The notes under the pieces: model-generated
Seen by the model: only the letters and a program-made list of their open reading frames with translations
Told to the model about the DNA's origin: nothing
Database searches by the model: none
Assembly: GCA_023213395.1 (NCBI GenBank)
Contig: CM041465.1
Coordinates: 177,141,741 to 177,205,740 of the forward strand
Direction: 5' to 3'
DNA from: Cycas panzhihuaensis
Taxonomy: Eukaryota; Plantae; Cycadophyta
Length of the DNA: 64,000 bases
Part shown: piece by piece, positions 25,369 through 38,473 of the stretch
Layout: the number at the start of each line of letters is the position of its first letter
How positions within the stretch are numbered: the first letter of the stretch is position 1
Made by a program: the position numbers and the translations under genes

Positions 25369-27360
25369 ATCATCAAAATCTCCCTATGGTGATTATTCGC
25401 CTTCATCGCCAACTTTTAATTCCAAACAATCAGTATCACTTCCATTTTGCCTAGTCTTTAGTTCTAACTCTTCAATCCTGTCATTCAAAGCTTCTAATTC
25501 TCATGTAGTAGCAATAAATCTAACTTTTGTCATCCTTTTAACTATCTTTACAATTATATTACCAATTTACGTTATTCCTCTTGCAAACCAAATACAAATT
25601 CTCCACAAAAAACTTGCTTCGATAACCAATTAATGCAAAGCTCTTAGTGTTTATAATCTATTATAGCCAATAGTCATAAACAACCCAAGGTTCCTCTACC
25701 ATTGGCTTGCTTTTAGGATCTTTTATCATTTGAGAAAATTTGCTCAACTCAAAATAACACGTAAATTCAAACATATGAAGAAATTCAATCAATTGGATGA
25801 TTACAGCTTTATTACAATGATGATTTAAATACAAATGTAACATACATGAACTCTTTCTTTTGAGATGTTTTACTAATAAATAGAAATGAAACTAAGTTGT
25901 TACCATAAAATTTCCTCAACTGGCAACACCCAACATAAGCATATTTTTTCTTCATATGAATCACATCCCCATTAGCAATGCATTGTAGAGTAGTGATCCC
26001 ACCTCTGTGAGTCTTTCTATTTGTTACAATCTCACCTCTATGAGATGTGCATGCTCAATTAGCTTCCGCCTAGAGCAAATAATTGCCAACAAACCTCTCT
26101 ATTGGATCTCCTCTTCTAAATCTAACTTCTACCCAACCTCCTCAAAAACTCCCAACAACTCTTTTAAAAATAAACCTCCAAAGTCTCTTGAAAAAGCTTT
26201 ATAAAACTATTCTAAAAGGATTTGAAAAAATCCCCATTTTACTTTCAAACAACATTTTACCTTCAATTGACATTTCGTATTACTCTATGCATGTCAAAAT
26301 GTATGCATAAAACTTTGTGAAAAATACCATCATCTGTTGTGAAATCAGCTACTAAGTCATTGTTTTGCATACTTGCAAACTATGGAGTTTCACATCCTCG
26401 TGAAATATGATGGTTTCTTGTACTTCACATCCTCACAAAATGCAAAGTCTCATTCTCTTTATGGATTTGAAAAACTTCACTTCTTCTTGTATTTCAAAAT
26501 CTCGCCTCTTCACAAACTTTAAAATCTTCACAGTTTCACAAACTTCAGAGTCTTTGCAAAGTATGGCATCTTTGCAACTTCGCAAACTTTGGAACCTTTG
26601 TAACTTCGCAAACTATGGACTCTTCATTACCTCATAAATTGTGGCATTCTCACTTCCACATGAGTTGTGATGTTCTTGCATTTTGTGGATTATAAAACCT
26701 TCACATGTTTCGTTTGTCCTCATAAGTTGTGAAGTCCTTACATTTTTGTGGATTTTAAAACCTTCATGTGTTTGTGAAGGAGTTTCTACAAGCTTTACAA
26801 ACTTTCACAAATTTATAAGATTTCACTTCCTCTTAAATATATCTTATTCTTCTCACAAGTTATGGACCCCACCAATTGGGCTTCCCACTGTCACAACGTC
26901 CACAACATTTTTAGGCACCACATGTTCTGCAACGTGTCTAGTATGCCATAGAGAGAACCTCACAGCACCATCTATAACATGTCCTATTTCTGAAGCCTCA
27001 TGGACCAAAATAAGGTGTTTGGACTATAAGACCATAAACCCATTTCCACATATGAACTAAGCATAACTGCTTCCTCTTGTACATGTGGGATAAATCAGTT
27101 TAAACCCCTTTCACTTAGTTAAAAAGTCTAAACTTCGACTGCTTATAACTTTTAACTAATTGTCCAAATTCAATGTTTCATAGCTTATTAGAAAGATCCT
27201 AAAGCCTTTTTTCTGACTAGGCACATCTCTAAATTTTTCATTGTGCCCAACAATGTCAAAGTTTAGTATTCTCCTATGGATGTATGAACTCCAAAGTAAA
27301 AATTTGGAACTTCATTCCCGTTCTCAATGATTTTTAGGTGTAGACGATGCCCCTACATCA
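25369..27360 (-). mobile_element. 5' part of the same gypsy relic: gag start, degenerate PBS (~25615-25628) and probable ~1.7-kb 5' LTR (25631-27360)
   Basis: Resumes right after the second AATGG TSD copy. GCTTCGATAACCA resembles the reverse complement of the tRNA-Met PBS. The candidate LTR is bounded by T(A/G)ATGC...CCCTACATCA. No partner LTR was found in the window. Confidence 0.55.
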
Positions 27361-30300
27361 TAAGGCACCTCATAAAGGTCTAATGAGATTGGAAAAGCTC
27401 TAGCATAAACTATGAAAATATATGAACATGTGAGTTTTAACACATATTTTAATAATGCTCTCACATTAAAAATCTTTACAATTATGTACTTCTTTAAGAC
27501 AACTATGCACAACATTTGAGGGATGATTAATTAAGTAATTACAACACTCATGGATTGACCACAGATTAAACATTAATTTCCAATACTAACAACCACCTTC
27601 GAAGAAAAAGGAGTACCAATGTGTCTCAACAACTTCAACCAGTAAAGGTTGAACCCAACGCTTACAAAGAATGGACCCTGGGGGAGATTTAGTAATGCAG
27701 TGCAAGACTACTTTAGCCATCATCAACTTTATTATGCTCATTGTTTAGATAGAATTCCAATTACATGTGTTTTACATGACCCTTTGGTCCAACAAGATAC
27801 ACAATAGTTAGGAGCATGCACTTCAAAAGAAAAAAACCAAAAACACTTTCGACATCACTTAAAACAAACAAGCCTTTCAATAAAAACATAATGTTTCAAC
27901 ATATTTGAGGTGATTTCAATGTTTCTAGCATCTTTTATGGTCATTCTTACACATTGGATGTTCTTTTAATGTTTTCAATTGGATCCAGTTTGAACCTTAA
28001 CCCCTAATTCCACTTAATCACAAAATCCTTTGGAAAACCATGTACTAAATCACCCAAGTTTTAATATGTCACATAAAACCACTAAACCACCATTTTTTGG
28101 CGTTTCTATATTCTCCTAAACATTTTAATTGCTACTACTTCATCCGTGTTTTTGTTTCCCCATTTTCTTATCTCTTATTGTGTGCTTTTAATAAGCTTTG
28201 GTTGGAATGCACAACTTGACGAATCCACCAAAACTTCTAAATTAGCAAGTAGCATTGACGGTAAATAAGTTTGTTGCACTACCGAAAAGTATTATTTCTT
28301 TCAAAATTAATATTCATCTAATGAATGAAAAACTCATCCAATCTTCTCCCTAAGTTGAAACTTGTTGGCGTGCAACCTCTACTATAGATTAAAAGACCCT
28401 TTGACAACCTCTGCATATATCACTAGTTCAATCATCATGAAACCGTTGATATTTATCACCTAGCAACAAAGCTACATCGATCTTGTTGGTTTTCCCTTGC
28501 AATGAAGCTACATCATTGTTTTGATTCCACTTGTTAGCAAGGCCTCTGAAAATAGTGGACCATCAACAAGACCGAAACTATGTAAGAGATAAAATTACAT
28601 ACACAAGATCAACCACTTACAATGAATCAATCTACAAAATTATAACTAAACACAACAATAGATCTTGGCATTGAACACAAAACTCAAGCCAATAAGACAA
28701 TTATATGATGAAAAGATAATACTTTAAAATGGAGGATTTTTGGGTTGAAAGAAACGATTCAACTAAAAGATGAAATGAATTACATTCTTCACAACAAAAA
28801 CAGGGTAAAATTCAAAACCAGCCTCTTGTACATCAACAATGTGATTGGAAAAATAACTAAATACACTTCATTATCATATATGTGATTATTCTAGCACATA
28901 CCACACAATGAACACTAAATACATCACATATTACAAAAAGTTCACACATCCCACACCCTCCTGTAATAAACATACCTTTTAACCATGTAGAGTGGACAAA
29001 TACTAAATCTGAAATGCAACAATAACATTAGCTCTATACATGTAGATCCCAAAAGGTTCATCTTTGAGATTCTTCCTCTTCCTCCATTTGCCACATAGGG
29101 TGGATTTCAAGTACAATGTGAGTTGCAAATGAAAAGAGAGACCAGACTGACAAATGAATAGAATATACCAAGAATGGTTATTTACATTTAGCTTCTGGAA
29201 ACTCATCCAAACCAAATCTAGTTAGCCCACTACCATAACTCTAAGTCTCTAACCAGGCACAAGGCTTAACCCTACCAAACCCAAAACCTTACTCAAGCCT
29301 CAAGCAAGCCAAAAGGTTTAATTGCTCTTTAAAAATGGGATTGATACTAAGCTTAGAAACAAAAGTAATAATGCACTTTGACACACAGGACAGAACACTA
29401 ACGCTGATGAATTGGTTAATCGAACTAAAATAGGAATACATAGCATGGTAACCCATGTCAAGTGGTGGACAACACAAAGTTCAATACCAAGCCATCCTCA
29501 CATTTGTACAATACTCTCAACAAAGCTAAATCAGTCTTGGTATCTCCTGCTTACTCGAAATTTGGAATCATGCCGACTTATATATGCAATAAAACATCTA
29601 GTCAATCACTTGCAATTGCAAAAATATCTCTGTTATAGATTACTTATCTTCTCATGATGATAAGCCTTGTATCCCATCTTTTGGACTTTCTTTATTCCCA
29701 ACATTCATGAAGATACAACTGTACAAACTTCTATGGGAGGAAGCACGTGTGACAACAAAATATCTATGCCCAACAGACGACTTAAAACCCTAAATACCAT
29801 AAAACTTACTGTATACTTCTTGGGTACTACTTGCTAATTGGGAACAAGGAAAATGCACCAAAGATGAAAGGAAGGCAGTGCAAGAACCAAGCACCAAGAG
29901 TAAGAAACTGTAATAAAAACTTATAGCAAAAATCTCTAGATTGCCAACGACAGAAAACCATTCATCACTCGTGCCTCCGGTCCTTACACAAAGAGCCCTA
30001 AATAATCAGGAGATTTTAAAAAAACCCGAAAAAAAAAACACCAAAAAAAAAAGCTCTAAATATAGAATTCCCAGTATTGGGTATCTCCAGTACAGAAGCA
30101 ATCTGAGATTCCTACCGTACCGGGTACAAGACCCACCTAATTATGTTTTATCTGCGTCTACATCAATAATTCTCAATACAACAGTGCAGAAGAAACTGGT
30201 AAATTTACAGGCAACATATTATGTTTTTATGATATTCAACATAGTTATGCAAATTTGTCATAATCAATAGAACCCTCATCAAGATTTGGATTCCGCCATA

Positions 30301-30366
30301 CTCGTCATCTCTTCACCTATCCAAGCGGCGTGAGCCTCCAAAGTTTCTCGGTCTCTCATTGGTGCG

Positions 30367-31052
30367 TTACTGTTTCCTTTGGTTGAACTCGGCGTGATAT
30401 TTCTCATCGTAGGGCACGGCTTCCCCGTTGACGAAGGGCTCCCCTAAAATACAATCACCCATTAAAATCAAACTGCAAATTATAGGGCAAATTCTGTTCA
30501 GCATAGTCAATAACCCCAATCCAGATTCTCACCTCCATAAGACTTAGTTCGCGGATCCATATACGAGTCAGGCAGTACAAAGCGCACTCCAGGCAGCGCT
30601 GCAAGTTAAGGGAAACATCCAATTAGAACCCGTCTAAAAATATGTAACTGAACCAGAAAAGAGAAGAAGCAGAGCATACGCTTAAGCTTAGAAGACAGCT
30701 CCTCTGAGATTTTGCATCCAAATGCAAAGTAATGCCTCGTCGACACGGAATAGATAGCCCTCTTGGCTTCTTCCTCGCTGTAAATTTCCGGCAAATTACC
30801 CAAACCCAGCTCGATAAATAGCACAGAAGTTGCAGAAGACGAAAAAGGAAATGTGGTGGGTTCGATTCCCGTAATATGTGTTTGTTACCTTCCCAAAACA
30901 GTTGCCAGTGTTCTAACATATGTAGCAATAAGCTCATCCCGTGAGACGTTAGGGGCGGGAGCTTCCATGACGATTAGCCAATGTTCGTAGTCGCATCCTT
31001 CAAAGAGAACGAAATCCTTCGGGGGTTTGCCCCTCCAATTGGTATTCGCCAT
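30367..31052 (-). CDS. MORF8: MORF/RIP/DAG-family organellar RNA-editing factor, MORF8(RIP1)-like, 134 aa. Exons 31052-30889, 30777-30680, 30598-30533, 30443-30367
   Basis: Spliced product: [134 protein letters not shown]. All three introns are GT-AG. Internal exons are 98 and 66 nt, as typical of MORF genes. The tail similarity points to the MORF8 group; exact orthology is not tested. Confidence 0.92.
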
Positions 31053-31094
31053 TGCTTCAATGCCTTCGCAGAACAGAGAAACTCGCACAAACTA

Positions 31095-31240
31095 TTTCCT
31101 TAAACCCTGATTTAGACCCCACACAAACCAGGGTTTTAAAGGAAATGCTGCTAACTGTATTATTTTGTTTGACGTCATGATTTAGGGCTGACCTGGCGTT
31201 AGCGTCGGAGCCACGTCACTATAGCAATCGTAGCTCGAGT
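31095..31240 (-). promoter_or_regulatory. Probable proximal promoter/5' UTR of the MORF gene
   Basis: Short CpG-retaining island. Telo-box-like AAACCCT motifs at ~31102 and ~31130-31137, TGACGTCA at 31170-31177, and TGACGTGG (ACGT-core bZIP site) at 31211-31218. Confidence 0.5.
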
Positions 31241-32329
31241 CTCTATTTCCTTAAGAAAGTTCTAGTGGGGTTATAATTGGAAAGGGAATAGCTCTTAGTG
31301 GTCAGGAGTTCCATCCATGGTTTGATCTCACTTGTAAGCACAATAAACCATTTCCCTTCTCTTACAAAGTTTGGTTTACACTCCTTTCTTTTATAGTCAA
31401 GCCACCTCTAAAAGCAACAATGCATAGGGCAAAACACTATGGATTGGGATTTTTCATGGAAGATTATTAGAAAGAAAAGTAGCTCCTTAAACTATATGAG
31501 TTCCCACCATTTCAAAATAACTAAGAGAATGATCCATAAGATTACTCAAAAGTTAGTAGTGAGTAAGTGAGTAGTAATAATAAAGGGTATTCAAGCTTAA
31601 GTGTTTTTATAAACGTAAATTATGTTATAAGGCCTTCTTTTCCAGTTAAATTCTCTCAACATTGATATTGTGAGTAATTTTACCATGTTTTGTTTTATTT
31701 CTTAGGTGTAGCTTATTTATAATTATGTGGGGTGTCACACCTAAAATTTGATATTCTAATATGCATTACGTTTCCTATTCCCAGTTTATAACAAAATAGT
31801 TTCTAAGTAGTAGGGATAATCATGAAATTCCAAGTGTAGAGTAGAATATTATAAAGCATTTATTTTTATGTTGTAATGCTAACTAATGATGCAAGATGAA
31901 TCATACCCTAGTGAAATTAGAGAACCACATCCACATAACAAATGTGCAAGGAAATTGATTAAGTCAAACTAAATTTGTTAGATGAGACATACAATTAGCT
32001 TTGGTAACTATATAGTTGTTGGAGTGCACAAATAGGCATGTACCCATTTTGTGCTCCCTTTTATAAGCTTATCACTTGAGCATAAAATATATACACACCT
32101 ATTGATGTACTCCACTAGTTATATAGGTTTTAGACCTAGTTCTAGCATTTCTAACTCAAGATTAAAAATTAATTTAATATAATAAATATTCAACAATAAT
32201 AATTAATAAATTAATAATTTAAAATTTTATTATAAACTATTACTTAAAAATAACAAGTATTCAATAGTAATTAATAATTTAATAGAAAATAATTATTTAA
32301 TAATAATTAAAATAATATTTTAAGATTTT

Positions 32330-34380
32330 TTCTTTTTATAGGGAAAATTCTGATAAAGTGGGGTTGACCCTTTGGCACAAGATGCCAAATGAAAGAGGAG
32401 ACTACTCTATCAAAAGTCACCAAGGGATAGTATTTGGCCTTATTTGTTTTAGGGAAAAAACTACAACAACCAACCTTAAGCCCCCTAAAGAAGCTTAGGA
32501 CACCCGAACAAAACTCAAAACGGTTTTGTCTAACTATCCATCATAGCTCTAGGCTATAAACTTACCTGGCATAAGCCACAAGGTTTGTACAAAATAAATG
32601 CATCATTAATAGGTTTACCATTATATAGTTGATAATGTATAAATACTACATTAATATCAACAAGAGGCTATAAGCATAACAAGCAAAGGTTGTAAGGCCC
32701 TTAAGATTCCATGGGTTAAATAATCAACTAGAATACAGAATATGAAAGAGGGATATCGAAGTAAAATGAGAGCAATCACCTCACATCTAAGAAAGGCAAA
32801 GACTCGCTTTCATTGGCAATTAGAGAAATGTTGCAAGACCATCTCTACCTAATTTGATGATCTAATACTCACTTTCACTATAATGCTTCAACAATCTTAG
32901 CCACCCTTATCATCAGCTTTGCCCTCCTCCAAAAATAGCCATAACCTTGTGTACCAACTCTATTGTTCTCATCTCAATAAGCTACATCCACTATATATAA
33001 GATTATACATATCATTCGAATAAACTCTCATTAAAAGACCCAAAATATCAAAGGATGGCCATAAGCAATAATGGTGCATAGTCATAAAGAGCTAAAAGAA
33101 CAAAAGCTTGTATTAACCATGGGTCTAAAGCATAGAAAAACACCAATATCAATAGTGGCTCTATGTCATAAGAAAACTAGTTATATAAATAAACCTATTA
33201 CAAAATCAGGTTTAGATCACAATTTTTGTATAGGAACTCAAGACACGAAAGTAAGATAACATAAATATTACCATTGCGAGGAAATACCCCAAGGAGCAAA
33301 ATTCATCACCACATCCTAAAGTATAATATAAGTAAATATTTGAAAGGCAAATCCATGCCTACTATAGGACCTCCTAAAGGAACTAGTCAATGACTAAAGC
33401 TCACAGGGAGTTGTGCTTTACTACATCCATTGCATAAAATACATTAAGACACCCATTAAAGCTTTGAGAATGGGCCACTAACAAAACACCATAATATAGA
33501 TAAACAATACCACACACCAGATAGTGAAAATTGGTGGAGAGAATAAATGAGACTTAAGTGCAAATGATTTAAAATATGCCAACATTTAAAATCGATAATA
33601 ATTCAACAAAAACCTCTAGAAAGGATATCACCTATCCAAAATCTACAATAACAACAAAACCATAACCTAAAGGGCCTCCTTAAAAAACACCTTGAATGAG
33701 AATTAATTGTTATTAAAGCACACAACCATTGCTAATGGGTAATGAAAAAGCACCAGGAAGGCACAATGCACAAAACCACACTACTTAGGTCCAACAATCA
33801 AGGAACCAACCTGACCACCACTAGTAAAAACACCATGATCGATGTTTAAAAATCGCTCAACCCATCATGGCACATCAAAGAGAGCTATAACCAAAGGGCA
33901 AGGAAGCTTGAGAACCCTAAATGAGATTATCATCATACTAAACATCCTAGCCCACCCTAATAAGTGAAGCGAAAAAAGAAGGGTGTAAATCTAAGCCATA
34001 TAGTAATAAGGGACTACCTCCAAGCTAAGAATCTAAAGACCAAAGTATTAAAGTGAACAACATGTGAAGATAATCAAGCAACCCATGACGAGAAACTAAA
34101 AACTAACTATAAAACCTTCAAATGAACTCAAATCCTCAATGCTCTAACTAGGACAAAACAAGGGTTGATTTAATGTTCCAAACTTAAGAAGGATCAGCCA
34201 AACAAAAAAAATTCCAAATAAAACTTACTTGAAATAGTATATCTATTCTATAATTATGAGATCATCCTCCATAGATGAATTGAACAAAGAGAAATCTAAC
34301 CATTGAGCCTCTATAACACCCAATGAAGACTATGACATGTAAGTGTAAACCCAAGAAACCCTAGCAACTTTTATCCTTCC
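32330..34380 (-). mobile_element. Probable highly degenerate LINE 3' fragment
   Basis: A T-run at ~32326-32337 could be the poly(A) tail. A Cys/His-like relic near 32750-32820 resembles zf-RVT. No intact motif. Confidence 0.3.
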
Positions 34381-35909
34381 CTTTTATAAATAGTAATTAC
34401 TATGTATTATAATTAATAATAATTATTATTATTTCCTTAATTTTAAGCCCCTACCTAAAGTTTAGGAATCTCAAATATCATTTCTTTTCTTACATGTTAG
34501 ATATCTACTTATTACTTGCCATTTTCTTGATGTTGCATCTGCTTATCATTTGCCTTATGCTACATTTGATTAAGCATTTGTTTAGTTTGCCTATGCATAT
34601 CACACCTCTCACGGTAATAATTTTTTTACAATACTAATTTATTTTATGGAGGTATAATAATTTAAAATGAATCAATACTTAAGACAATCATTATTTCTTA
34701 CATTATGAAAATCTTCTTTTATCATCATTCACTCATAAATTACTTTCTTTTATATTTCTCATTTTATTTTTTAATGCATTTTCTTCTTTTGTGTAACCCA
34801 TCAAGTAGATCTCCTCAAGCAGATATAAATCGAGTGGTTGTGGCTTAAAAATAGACACTGTATAAGGAAGTTTTATCCCTTTTATATTTGTCTTCTTCCA
34901 TTGGTCATATTTTACAATTATAAAGGTAATAAACCCTAAAAAATAAGGTATTTCTCTAAAAAACTAATTGCTACATGTATTTAGGGGCTTATTATCTAAA
35001 TTCATTTATTATAAATAGCCCTCATTTAAGTCTATTATGCTCTAAAACTCCTGAGGGACCTTTAGGTCCCTAAAACCATATTTGCTTATTTGCATATGCT
35101 CAAACAAGGCACTCCTATCTGATTTCTTATCTGCTTTCACTAGTTGACTATGGATTTATACTTACCTAGTTTGTTGTTGTTTTTGTTATGATTACATATT
35201 TTTGCTCATTGATTTTGTTGCTTTCCTAGCATACCACATCTCTTTATTTTATACTACAACTCTCTATGGTCTGTCTATGACCTTACTGCATGGCATCTTA
35301 ATGTTACTACAACATTTATGCATTATACACCATGCATTTTATTCTAATCATTTACGATATTATTATGTCTTGCCCATTCATAACCTATAGTGTACCAGAA
35401 GTCTCCTTTATATTAGTGGTAGTATCATTGTTCCCATACCACATGTTACTTAATGTAACTCATACAACACCACATGTTACTTATGTAATTTATGCGATAT
35501 CATTATAGTATGCCATATGTCCTCTATACAATTGTTGTGCTATCATACCATCGATCTATTATATAATTATTAGAGTATCGTACCATAAGTCTATTATACA
35601 ACTATTGCAATATTGTATATTTTATGACATGTATATACTTTACAACTTATGTGGCCTCACTATGATAATTTTAAGGTATTCCATATTATCGATTGTTTCA
35701 ATTGTGTATCTTATTGATTTCTCTCTCTCTTTTATTTCTATTTTATTATTATTTTGCTCACATATTTTATTTTAGATTTTATCTCTCACATTATTATTTA
35801 AATGATTATTTATCTTGTTCACTTATACACTTGCTTAATTTGCTTATCTTATCTTCTTTTCTTATTATATCACTTTGGAAGAACTCTCAAAGTGTATATT
35901 CACATGATT

Positions 35910-37690
35910 CATATATAATAGAATTATGAGTGCCACATAGATCGACGATAATAATTACCTTTTTGTTTCTAAGGTATCTAAAGAGTTCAATGGTATTAGG
36001 TGGTACTATCCTTAACATGGATGATAAGGAGACCATGGGTTGACCATCATCTAACTCCTCTTATTGGTTTATTTCTTTCTCCTCTTACTCTTCCTCTAGT
36101 CTTTTTTGATGTTCTATTTCTTCATCTTCCATATCTACTTTTGCACTGTATAGTTTCCTATTAACATATTTATGTTCTGTAACCCAGGGTTTCTTATAAT
36201 CATAACATATGATGAGTGTTCTTTCCTTAACTCTTTCTATCTCTTTAGAATCCTTAGCCGCTTGGTCCTACTAACTTATGTTTTGATTGATACAATGTTA
36301 TTTGGGATCCCCTTTGAGTATTTTGATAAGATTTAGTTTATCTTACTAATCTAATAACTATATTAAAGGTGTTTAGGGTGAAACGATGGATGCCCCCATG
36401 AATCTTGGGTTATTAATTACTAATGTAATATATGAGCCCTTCCTCAAGATTAATTTTATCTTGTAAGTTAAAATTTTTAAACTCATCTGTATATTATTTG
36501 ATAAATCACCCCTTTTGAAAATAGTGTGCTAATTAGACATTGTAGAGGTCATTATAATTATCTTTTGTTTGTTCTTTAAAGACTTCCACAAAATATTTAA
36601 AATTACGAGTCTTTTCTCCCCTTTTCTATAATGTATCCCATGTGTACATAAACTCTTTAAGGTGGTCTATAATAAAGTTAATTTGATTCTTGGCATTATT
36701 AATATGTAGTGAGTTGATGGAATTTTCCATTTTTACTACCTATTTATCTACTTTTAATTTCACCATCCTATGAGTAAGTCAGTATTTACATATTATAGTG
36801 AAAATTTGGTTATTAGAGGTTGTTGAATCTTCTATATTCCCTTCAATCATCATGGCATCTTTTATTTTCTTTTCTATACTCTTTTATTTTATTGCTACTA
36901 TTAGGGTCCCTTAGGTCTCCTTCCTTCTTGGGACCTTTTGAAGTGGTTATAATTTCTATTATCCCACTTAAAGTGGTTATGTCATTGTTGTACTTTTCCT
37001 TAGCATGGACTAATTCTCATTATATTATATCTAACTATTTATGAGTCTCTTCTATATCCTTTGGAGTTATAATTTAAAGGATCAAAATTTTGAGTCCATT
37101 CTTTTTGGATATTTAATTATCTCAAAATTTTGATATCCTAAGTCAAGTTTGTGGTTCTTCCGCTATCTCTAAAATTTTTCCCTTAATTTTTTATTAATAT
37201 AAATTTTCTAATAGCTTAAAATATGGCCTCTTAAATCAAGATTTCAACACTTCAAATAAAACTGAAATCTAATACTTGTAGCAAAAATTATAGTCTTTTT
37301 AAGGTGGGTCATAATTAGGGTTTTTAGGGACTATAATAATATCTCTTACTAAAATATAGATAAGTTTTTACTTCAATGCCCAATTAATCTAAAACCATTT
37401 CTAATAGAAAGTAGGCATTAAGAAGCATAGATTTAAATTAGACACCTATATCCAAAGTTATAGACATTTGAAGTTGTAGTAGCAAATTTTAGACCTTGAA
37501 GATAATGACTAGTAGTAGATCGAGATCAAATTTCCTACAATTTTCATAATTTTAGTTTAAAACCTACAATATAACCACTTATAGAACATGCTTGCTCAAC
37601 TCAATTTTATAGCTATTTTTTAAAAATTCTTCCATTTATACTCTTAAAGATGTAAATCCTTAATAGTCCAAAAAAGAGGCTTTCATACCA
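35910..37690 (-). mobile_element. Degenerate Ty3/gypsy 5' region (PBS, gag, start of protease)
   Basis: Reads KEIERVKERTLIICYDYKKPWVTEHKY (gag CCHC-like) and MVSLSSML..FRYLRNKKVI..D.CGTHN (protease). PBS-like GCTTTCATACCA at 37679-37690. Confidence 0.65.
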
Positions 37691-38435
37691 TTTGGAGCAA
37701 TCCTAAATTGGATATGCTTCCTCAAACACAAAAGAAAGTTGAAATAAAGCTCCTAAGGGCTAAATAATCTAAAGACCTTAAATGAATTAACTCACAAAAG
37801 ATGATTTATGAATGAATGATAATTCTCTATTTATAGGTGTAAAAAATGATAACATTCTTAAAAACTAACTTCCTAGTAATAATGAAATCGATTTCTAATA
37901 ATAATAATAAGATAACTACTCTTTAATAATTTAAAAAACTAAATTTTATAATTAAAATTAATGATTTCATATTTATGGCTAACTTCCATAATTGTATTAG
38001 TTCATAATAGAAAAGCAAAAATATTTTCATCAATTTCATATTGTTATTACTTTTGCTCTTATGTAAATAACGCATATCTATGTTTATATAAATATATAAA
38101 TTTATAAACCACTATTATATTATTTTAAAATTATAATATTATAAATATGTGTTGTATAATATTAAAGCATGATAATAATAATTGTTCTTAACAATGTAAA
38201 ATTTTCATATTATCATTTTTATTTGATTTAAAATTTTAATATTAAATTATAAATAATTATTTAAAATATTAAATCATGTAGTAATAATACTATGATATTA
38301 TAATATTATAATTATAAATTAGATAAATACTATAATATTATTTAGTATTATAAATATTTGTAAATCATATATTATATTTTTTTATTTGATATATTAACCA
38401 TAACGAATAAATATATTTGCATTATTTATTATTAT

Positions 38436-38437
38436 TA

Positions 38438-38473
<36 letters not shown>
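38436..38473. repeat. (TAC)n microsatellite in a very AT-rich tract
   Basis: Direct reading. Confidence 0.9.

Noticed and set aside
29941-30270. 109-aa plus-strand ORF next to MORF
   Set aside because: TTG start, poly-A-derived Lys runs, and no homology recognised.
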